Assembly: GCA_054600435.1 (NCBI GenBank)
Contig: BAAIJX010000020.1
Location: forward strand, 124,001 to 188,000
DNA length: 64,000 nt
Reading direction: 5' to 3'
Source: Neophaeotheca triangularis
Taxonomy: Eukaryota
Position 1 is the first letter of the stretch; each line of letters opens with the position of its first letter. The translations under genes and the position numbers were made by a program. The notes below the pieces were generated by a model. The model was not told the origin of the DNA. It made no database searches and saw only the letters and a program-made list of their open reading frames with translations. Shown piece by piece: positions 55,258-64,000 of this stretch.

Positions 55258-58200
55258 TCACTCGAAACTAATCTCCTCTCCCTCCTGAATCTCCCTTCTC
55301 CCATCCCCCTCCCCATTCTCATACCCAAGCCCCCCGTTAACCCTCCCATACCCACCCTCACCATTAAACCCCTCCGCCTCTCCCTCGCCATCCCAGCCCC
55401 CCTCCTGCCCATCCCCAGCAACCTTCCCCCCGGCATCAAGCTGCTGCTGCAAGACCGCCTGCGCCGACACAATCTCCGCCAACCGCTTAAGCCTAGGTGT
55501 CTGCAGCCAGCTCGGCGTATACGTCTCCAAAGCCGTGATGACGCGGGGTTCGGCGATTTCGTAGGGGCCGCTGTCTTCCATGTCGACGGCTTGGAGGAGC
55601 AGGACGTCGGATTTTGGATCCGTGACGCGGCTGGCGACGGCTTTCATGATCTCGCCATTGATGGGTTGCTCGTAATCGGCGACGAGGTATTGATTCAGCA
55701 GCTTTTGAATTTGGTTTGGGGAGAGCCTTTGGGTGGGGACGTTAGTGACTGCGGAGAAATTTTTTCTTGTGGGATTTGTGTAGGGTGGTGGGAATAATAC
55801 TTACATCCAGCAAATATCCTGGATAATCTCGATATCATTGAGCGTGGCCTTCTTCAACTGCAGCAGCTTCGTTGCCTGCATCAAGTGCTCCAACTGGAGG
55901 GTGCCTTCCGGCATGTCGTGTGATTTGCACCACTCTTCAATACGCGTGATGTTGTAGTTGATCTGCAGACCGCGTTTCCACGAGAGGAAATTGCGGCGCA
56001 TGAGGAGATCGTTGAAAGCCGTGACGCCGACCAAACGGAGGAGTTCGGTGACAGTCTGTGTGATGATGCTGTCTTCGAGGTAGAAAGCCTTCATTGCCTT
56101 GAAGACATTGTTGAGCAGGCTGAGAAGGTTATCCATGCTGAAAGCAGGAGTATTTGAGGACTGGAGGAGCTTGCCGAGGAAACGGTTGTTTTCGTTGGTG
56201 ACGAAGCCGGGGAGTGACTGGGATTCGATGATGGCGGGCACGATCATCTTTTGCAGCTTCTTCTTTAGGACCTTCATCCACGTGTGGTAAATGTTGAATT
56301 CAAGGCTTTCAAGGTCGTGTTTGACAATTTCGAGCAGGCGGTCGTATTCGAAGTTGTCGGTCTTTTGCGCTTCGTACCAGTCCTCGGCGAGGAAGACGAA
56401 AGAGAGCATTTCGTGCACGTTGCTTAGCCAGAATGCGCCAGGGTTGACGGCCTCGTCGCCGTCGTGTTGCATCACCTCTTGCTGTATAGATTGCATGACG
56501 TTGGCGAGGAAGCGCTCGGACTCTTTTACGAAACCGTTATTCCACATTTCAGAGGTGACGAGGTTGATGAGATAGGCGGGGAAGAGGACCTCCTTGTCGG
56601 TAGGTGGAGGAGTAGAGCCTGGGGCGGGGATTTTGAGGTTGCGGATGAGGCCCATGGTGACTTCGTCGTTGAGGCCCTCTTCGTCGGCGAGGAGATTCTC
56701 GAGCTCCATCTCCACATTCTCTAGCGAAGGGTTAAAAGTGCTGCCTGACAGGTTCTGCGTGTGACCACCAGTGCCACCCGTAGCGCCAAACGCCATCGAT
56801 ACCGGCCGCGGGTTAAACGTGCCAGAGAAGCGTTCGGTGTTGATGGGTTCAGGGCCGGCAGATCTCCGCTTCGGCTTCTTCGAGGCGACGAGGTTGATGA
56901 GGCCAGAAGGCTGACCCGACGCAGCAGTTCCATTCGTGATTTCGCCATTGACAGGAGCAGCGCGCTTAGCGAGCTCAAGCTGGTCTTGCAACTCCGCAAG
57001 CTGCTGCCTCAGACTCAGCTTCTCCGTCTCGGACACCGTCTTGCTCTGCCGGGTAACCTCGAGCTCCTGACTAGTGGCCCTCAGAGTCTCGCGCAAAGTC
57101 TTCTCCTCCTCTTGCAACCTCCGCATACTCTGCGTGCTCTCCTCGTAATTCTGCTGCAAGCGCTGCATATCCTGCTCCATGGCGGACAGCCTGGCAGCAG
57201 TAATACCAGCCTGATTCGCCTCGGCCTGCAGATCCCTCGTCCGGTTCTCCAGCGCATTATGCCGCTCGCGCCAACTCTTCAGCTGGCCCTCGTAGTTCTG
57301 CACCTGCCCCTTGAGCTGCTTATTCTCGGTCCGCATAGTGCCCAAGTTCTGCGTAAGCTCGACGACCTTATTCTCAAGCTTATAAGAAATCTGCTTGAGA
57401 TCTCTCGCCTCTTCACGCAGCTTCTTGTAGCCCTTGCGAGCACTCCTGCCACGCCACAGACTCTGTACGAGTGTGACTTTGCTTCGGTAGTCCCGCCAGC
57501 CTTGCAGTTGTTGCCGCGACCGCCAACTTCGCTGGATGCACCTTGCTGCGTCGCCCAAGCGTTTGTCCATTATGCCTTTCCGAAGAATCCATCCCTTGGC
57601 CGTCGCTTCAAAGCGGATGAGATCGTTGCGGAAGCGTAGGTAGCTCTTTCTCTCCTTGCTACCGCGCCAAACGCGTTGGATAGTCGTGGCGCCTTTGGTC
57701 CGCCGTGCATCCTCCGCTCGCTCTCTGGCCATTGCAGCTCGCGCATGGGACTGAAAGGCCTGGATACTGTGAATGGCTTCAAGGTAGCGGCGTCGCCAGT
57801 ACTTGGCGCGGAGATTCTTCTGTATCATGATGGCCGCATCGTTGAGACGGTTCGTCCGGAGATTCTCGAGGAAGGCGAGCATGCCTGCGCGGAAGAAGAT
57901 CTTTGTCAAACCAAGCTGGTACTTGTCTGTGCCGTCATTCTTGGGCTCGCCCAGCGCTTGCCGGAGGATAGCGTTGCCCATATCGCGGATTTCGGTCGTC
58001 CATTCCGACGAAGGGATAAGCATATAGTACCGCAACGCAAATTCCTCGTACGTCCACCTCGTTGGGTATCCGGCGCAAGATATTCTGACAGTCTCGAGGA
58101 CACCGCAAGCTCGGAGCTGGCTGAGCACCATCGGACCCTCGAACTTCCACGCCTCCTTGCCCTCATTTGGCTTGATACAGCGGATGTAGTGCACGTCAGT

Positions 58201-60347
58201 CGAGTTGATGGTGTTCATCAGCTCAATCAAACTACTCTTGAAGATGCCGCCCAATGTCGGCTTTCTCGCGGCAGCAGCACCTACTCTCTTACCCGACTGC
58301 GCAGTGGCACCACCCTTCGGCGCCGCCGCCGCCGCAGCAGTATCACGTTCTCTCACAGTCGCCGAAGCCTCGAGCACGCCGGTCAAGAAAGTGTTGGACG
58401 AGTTCCTGAGCACTTCGAGATGTTCGTCGGGCACAGTATCCCTGTTCTTCTCGATGAAGCCGTCGCTCTCGTAAGTGACATCCACAGCATAATGGCACAC
58501 CGTGAAAGCGCTTTTGCCAAATCGAGGCTTCTTGTAGAATTGATGCTTATCACCTGAGAAATTGTGGTGGAGCTTCGTGACAAAACTCTCATCCGAACCC
58601 ATAGGTAACCGAGACTCCTCGTCAAGCAGCGCAAGGATACCAAGCTTGCCCTCGATCAAATCGATACAAGGTTGGTTGTCGGAGAAGTCGATGAACTTCC
58701 AGTCAATCTCTTCCCGCACGTACTCTTCCTGCTCGAGCTTGAAGACATGCTGGTTGAACTCTTGCTGCAGCTTCTCGTTGGCGTAATTGATACAAAACTG
58801 TTCAAAAGAGTTCTTGGCAAAGTGTTCGAACCCGTAAATATCGAGCACACCGATGAAGTTGGTGACTTGCTCAAGGACATCCGGAGGCGCAAGGAAAGCG
58901 TTCATGGTCTCCACCAGCCAGTCGAAGAGCGAGGAGTAGATGTACTTGGCAACCGAGTCCCTAACCACGGTCGCCTGCTGTTGCGTGAGATTGGACATGA
59001 TCTTCTCGCCACGGGTGACAAGCTGCTTCTTAACGGTCCACTTGGCGAACTCTCCGGCATCAATACCGAGAAGCTCGCAGGCTTTGGCCACAGCAGGCTC
59101 AGTGGCTGCGAGTTGCGACTCGGTGCGTGTTGCTGTGATCTTGATGTTGCCAATATGCAGAAGCGCCGCAAGTATGCGCCACAGGCTTGCTTGCATTTCT
59201 TCGGTCACACCCAGCCGTGTCAAAGCCTCTCGTGTCTCCTTGAAGTCCTTCGCATCGTCCACACCCTCAATGTGCGCTGAGCCGCCTTGATTGAGGTAGT
59301 CGAAATGCTCCACTGGCACCAAACCAAGCTCTTCCTTCTCGGCATCAGACGCACCAGCAACGAGCTGGTAGAATACATGGTAATTCCGCTCCTTGAGCGG
59401 CTGGAACACCAACCTAGACCGCTCAAGCAGATACGTTCGTATCCTCGCGCCAATGATGTCTGTCTCCTGGTTGAACATGATTTCGATGTATTTGCCAAAA
59501 CGAGACGAATTGTCGTTTCGTGTGGTCTTTGCGTTACCGAAAGCCTCCATGATAGGGTTGGTCGCGAGGATCTGCTCTTCCGTCTCACTCATGGTATCGG
59601 CGCGGCCTCGACTTCTTGTACCTGGCTGATCAGGCGGCTCTCTTGTGGCAAAATACCGCATTATGTATTTTGCGCTGACCGTCTTTCCCGCACCAGATTC
59701 ACCGCTGACTACAATTGTCTGGTTCTGACCTGACCGCAGCATGTCTGCAAAGGCTTCCTCGGCGATAGCGAAGAGATGCGGTGCTTGAGAGGCTCGCGAC
59801 TTGCCAGCGTAGACTTGAACCATGCCGGGGACATAGAGGGAATCGACGCGGGCGAAAGGGTTCGTGGCTATCAGGACAATGCCGGAATAGGTGTAGATTT
59901 CTTTCTGCGCATATCGCAGTTTGATCGCTTGCAAGACTGTCCAAAGTGTCAGCACTCGAGATACTGCTAGGCTATCTCACTCCTTTGGGGACATACCAGC
60001 TGGCTCGTTCAAATGTGAGAGATTCGTCAAATCATCGCTGGCCTCCAGCATGGCCGGGTTCATGAGCGGCGGGAGTGTGGAGGAAGCGCTGTCATCGTTG
60101 AGCGCGGCGAGGGTCGTCTCGATAGTTCTACTCTGTACCCGCGAGCCGAATCAGTATGTGCTGTCCTCTCCTCCCAACGGGACGATAAGGGAAGGAAGGG
60201 TTGGTATCTCACCTCTCCACTCTCCAGCGCGAAGACGAGCTTCACGTTGTCGCCGTCGACAACCTTCTGCTCAACCTCCGAGGCCACCCAGCCCTCGGTC
60301 TGGTCAGGCTGCCATGCCTTGGTGCCGACATCGTAGGTATGCGACAT
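55258..60347 (-). CDS. MYO2: Class V myosin; exons 60347-60213, 60132-59997, 59936-55805, 55726-55258
   Basis: GESGAGKT P-loop, EAFGNAKT, LDIYGFE, IQ motifs, coiled coil, DIL domain (SWKRGLQINYNITRIEEW). Confidence 0.97.
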
Positions 60348-60545
60348 GATGGGCCACCTCCTTTCACCGCTACCACCGAATTACACCCTCTCCTTGTTCC
60401 GTTTCTTTGGCTCGTTATTCACCCGGTCGCGGTCGCAATGTAGAGCGGCAGCCTCTCTCTTCCTCGGAATTGTGTGGCTATTACCGCGTGTGTTGGTTAT
60501 CAGAAGGACACACCCACAACGCCTGCGCTATGAATGCTTCATGGA

Positions 60546-60570
60546 CAAGCAAGCAAGCAAGCAAGCAAGC
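60546..60570. repeat. (CAAG)6 microsatellite
   Basis: Direct reading upstream of MYO2. Confidence 0.9.
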
Positions 60571-60680
60571 GGGAGCGAGCAATAACAAAAGCTGCCGCAA
60601 GTCAATAGGAGTCCGGGGTTGAGAGGAGTGGTAGGGTCGTCGAGCAGTGAAGGACAAGGAAGGGCATTACTGACGCAAAT

Positions 60681-60722
60681 GTAGTAGTGTAGGTAGGTAG
60701 TAGGTAGTAGGTAGTAGTAGTA
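60681..60722. repeat. Imperfect GTA/GTAG microsatellite
   Basis: GTAGTAGTGTAGGTAGGTAGTAGGTAGTAGGTAGTAGTAGTA. Confidence 0.8.
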
Positions 60723-61671
60723 CACCCTCGTCTCTCCTTGGCTGACAGGTATTCGTCAGGGGACCTGAAGGTCAGGTCGCGTCGTCTAAAACAGCCCGCC
60801 GCGTCCGTGCAGGCCAAGGTACATCCAATTGTCTCCCGCCCGCAATTCATCATTCTCCAGACGCAACACCACCAAACACCCGGACCCGGACCCGAACCCT
60901 GACTGACCTGACCTGTTGTTGCTCGAGCGCGATGACAGACTCCTACAGACCGTGGAATATTTATTCTATTATTGATTATAAGAAAATTCCATTTATTCTT
61001 GAGTATAAAGAGGGAGGATATTAATTGTGCCTTCCGATCTCAGCTATACGTAGTTTGCTTGCTTCCCCTTCCCATTGTTCCTGACTGCTCCCCCGTTCGT
61101 TCGCCGAACCCCTGCCCGTGCTTGTCCGGCGGCCAACGGGCATGCCAACCGAAAGCGGTCGATAGCAATGCTTGGCACTTTTCAAACAACCACCAGGTAC
61201 CTTATCCGAGATATCTCCCAAGTAGTAAAGCGGCGTCTACAATGGCAGCTTTGCATCAACTCGACTTCTTCCCTTGAGCCGGAGCTACTATGGAGGCACT
61301 CACTTTGGGATAATGTGAAGGCAATGAACCATTGTAAGCGCGACAAAGCAGTCAAAGAGCCAATAGAAATGTGCCTTCGAGATAACCAATAGTGAAATAA
61401 GTATAGCAAAAGAAATAGAGGAGGGATAGGAAAAACACCCCAAAAAAAATCCTAAAACATAGACCAGTCTTGACCCATCCAAAGAAAAGGGCAAACCCCG
61501 AGACACGACCAAAAGAAATAAAAGCCGACAAATCATTCCCATCACCTCTCCAACCCTTTCCCTAGAACCCTCCTCTCGCCCTCTTCCACAAGGAAAAACT
61601 CAACACAGGCCCCCTTTCCTTCAAATCCTCCCTTATCTCCGACCAGATCCCCTAGACCTCCAACCCCACCT

Positions 61672-62577
61672 CTAATTCTCCCGATCCCTGTCCCCACAAA
61701 ATCCCATGCCCCCCAAACCACTGCTCTCCCCCTCCAACAACCTCCCCACTTCCACCCTCGCAATCTCATCTTCCTCACTCCCCCAATCGTGACCCTGCTC
61801 CCTAGCCTCCTGCCTCTGATCCTGCAGCACGATTTCCACAATCATGCACTTGAACCGCTCGTTCTGGAGCTCCAGGAACAAGACCTCTTTCTCGCGGTCG
61901 CGTTTCGTTTCGAAGAGCTGGGACTTGAGAGAGGTGTTTTGGGAGCGTAGAGAGGTGAGAGTGGAGCGCAAGTGGTAGTTTTGTTGGAGCAGTTGGGGGT
62001 GCGGGTCGGGTTGGTCGGGGGAGAAGAGGGCGCGGAGGTTGAGAGTGTGGCGGCGCGCGGTGCGGCGGTTTTGGCTGCCGGAGTCGGGGATCGTGGGGTC
62101 GGTTTGCGGGCCGTGGGCTTGGGTTTCGAGGTGCCAGCGAAGGTGTCGGTTGGTTAGGGGTATGGAGACTGTGAGGGGGGTGGAGGGGTCGATGTTTTCG
62201 GTCGAGGGCGCGCAGAGGCCGCAGGCTATGGGGGTTGTGGGGGTATCTGATGGTTGTTGTGCTGGGGAGTGGGTTTGGGCTTCTTGGATACGGGTGCTGG
62301 AGCGGCCAAGGCGGGTGAAGTAACGGCCGCGGCGCATAGGGCTCGGGATCGAGGATGAGGAGGACGTTATGCTGGAACGTGGTTCCGGGGAGCTGGGCAG
62401 CTCGGGGGAGGTGGGTCGGGTCAAAGGCATTGCTGTTCGGCGGCCGGACGAAGAGGAGCGCGAGGAGTCTCGGGTCTGAGGCAAGGATGGTTCGAAGACC
62501 GTGGAGTCTATCGTGTCGTTGGTCCTAGCACTCTCCACGCCAGGATCCGGCTTGCGCTTGAAGATGGAAGAGAACAT
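61672..62577 (-). CDS. Hypothetical Ser/Pro/Arg-rich protein with C-terminal coiled coil
   Basis: 301-aa ATG-initiated ORF with the same 5' C-rich / 3' G-rich bias as neighbouring genes; heptad-like LRSTLTSLRSQNTSLKSQL. Confidence 0.7.
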   Translation of the reverse strand: MFSSIFKRKPDPGVESARTNDTIDSTVFEPSLPQTRDSSRSSSSGRRTAMPLTRPTSPELPSSPEPRSSITSSSSSIPSPMRRGRYFTRLGRSSTRIQEAQTHSPAQQPSDTPTTPIACGLCAPSTENIDPSTPLTVSIPLTNRHLRWHLETQAHGPQTDPTIPDSGSQNRRTARRHTLNLRALFSPDQPDPHPQLLQQNYHLRSTLTSLRSQNTSLKSQLFETKRDREKEVLFLELQNERFKCMIVEIVLQDQRQEAREQGHDWGSEEDEIARVEVGRLLEGESSGLGGMGFCGDRDREN

Positions 62578-62785
62578 CGCCAGAGCTGGGGGTATGGAAC
62601 GCTGAGTCGGGTACCAATGTCCGGAGTTGAAGGGGTAAGCTCAGCTAACAAAATTTTACCTAAGATATAGATCAGTGTTGTAGAGAAAAGGTTGAACTAC
62701 TTAGCAGAGTTTCTATAGTAAGATAAGGGATAACCACTGTAGTCGTCCGTCAATATACGGTGCTTTAGCACACGTTTCTATGTGC

Positions 62786-63072
62786 TGTCCTCGCGGACAG
62801 CGCACTATTACTAACAGTACTACGTACTTTAGTAAAGTCCCGTGGTCCTAAGCAAACTTATTTTCGATAGGTAGGGGTTTTATATGTCCTTGTAGCTATT
62901 GTATTGTTACTAACCCTACTAAGTGGTTTAGTAAAGTCTTGTAGTCTTAAGCAAACCATTTTCCGATAGTAAGGCGTGTTTGATGTCCTTATAGCTATCG
63001 TATAGTTACTGACCCTACTACGTGGTTTAATAAAGTCCCCTAGTCCTTAGCAAACTATCTTCTCATAGTAGG
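62786..63072. repeat. Degenerate 99-bp tandem repeat, about 3 copies, RIP-like
   Basis: TGTCCT at 62786/62885/62984; ARTAAAGTC at 62831/62930/63029; AGCAAAC in each copy; many C/T and G/A differences. Confidence 0.85.
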
Positions 63073-63183
63073 AGCTCAACGTGACCTCGAAGAGTCTCCG
63101 CTGTGCATCTGTGGCTAGTCTGTTAGCACTTAGTCTTCATGATGCCATTGGCATCTTACTTGCATCAGAGCGAATCTCCCTGT

Positions 63184-64000
63184 CTACTTTCCCTCGGCGT
63201 CCCTTCTCTTATTCCACTCACAGCACTCAGAGAACGCAACGCCTTTTCCCCCAAAGATATCCAAAGCACTTCCAATGGTAAGATCAACCTTGCCCCCCGA
63301 CAGCCGCTCAACAAGTTCCAGATCCTGCAAATTCCTTCCACCACCAGCGTAAGTCACAGGGATACTACAAATCTCTGCCAAAAATCCAACGAGCTCCTCA
63401 TCGATACCCTTCTGCAAACCCTCGGCGTCCGCGGCGTGGATGAGGAACTCGCTACAGTAGGGCTCCAAGAGCGCGATATTGTCCTTGGTGATTTCGAAGT
63501 CCGTGATGGTCTGCCATTTGTCCATGGCCACTCGCCAGCCGTTACCCACGCGACGGCAGCTGAGGTCGATGACGAGTTGGGAAGTTTCGCCACCGAGGTT
63601 TTCGAGTACGGATTGGAGGCGTGGGAGGGAGAAGGTCCCAGAGGGGAAGAGGAAAGATGTTATTATGACCTACTGCTCAGCGTTAGAGTCATTCGTTAAG
63701 CAAAGATGGAAGAGGATGCAAAGGTAGCGTACCCTTTCAGCACCTGCATCGATCCAGTCTTTGGCATTGCTGTCTTTGATGCCGCCGCCGACTTGCAAGC
63801 CTTGGGGCCATGCTGATAGTGCTTCTTTCGCTGCCGTGTCGTTTCCGGGGCCTAACATAATGACATGACCGCCTCTTAGCTCATTGAGGCGGTAGAGATC
63901 GGCATAGTATGCGGATGGATGCTCGGATGTGTAGTTGGTCTTGAGCTCTGCCGCGACTGTAGTCAAGGAGCCTCCGACAATCTGCTTCACAGAGCCTGCG
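63184..64000 (-). CDS. HIS6: ProFAR isomerase His6 (5' end beyond window); intron 63732-63670
   Basis: VKQIVGG, GGHVIMLGPGN, LQVGGGI, VAMDKWQ, EFLIHAADAEG, TYAGG, VDLTIGSALDIFGG. Confidence 0.95.

Noticed and set aside
56761..58557. Long plus-strand ORFs (292 and 293 aa)
   Set aside because: Antisense shadows of MYO2.
61075..61392. 105-aa ORF upstream of MYO2
   Set aside because: Non-ATG start in the track, no motif and no other support.
62786..63072. CRISPR-like array or ankyrin repeats
   Set aside because: Whole units are similar (no unique spacers), context is eukaryotic, and no ankyrin TPLH consensus was seen in the frames I translated.

Overview
Gene-dense stretch of a filamentous ascomycete genome. 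Short GT-AG introns with CTRAC branch points and the gene content suggest Pezizomycotina, plausibly a Dothideomycete; the taxonomy is inference. About 27 protein-coding genes can be traced. Most are conserved housekeeping genes (BMT2, UFD1, PTH1, FAP7, HAM1, RPS1, DCP1, SNT1, DYS1, YPP1, RIX1, RTS2, MYO2, HIS6). The rest include a sugar porter, an ABHD11-like hydrolase, a PhyH dioxygenase, a MATH/USP-like/MORN/RING protein, an MFS transporter, a cutinase, an allantoinase and an ammonium transporter. The most interesting block is 48.8-54.7 kb. An allantoinase gains a signal peptide through a small first exon and carries five N-glycosylation sequons. It is divergent from an Amt/Mep gene, and a 1.29-kb DD34E Tc1-type element lies between them. 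That element has an intact ORF with RIP-like composition and only two Trp codons, 16-bp TIRs and no TA target duplication. Other signals: a catalytically dead USP fused to a RING; a structured 5'UTR intron in RPS1; six FarA/CTF1-type CCTCGG sites and a 40-bp palindrome upstream of the cutinase; a decayed 99-bp tandem repeat; and a recurrent 5' C-rich / 3' G-rich skew inside genes. No tRNA, rRNA or CRISPR features were recognised. Exon boundaries were read by eye and gene names rest on motif recognition, not database searches.
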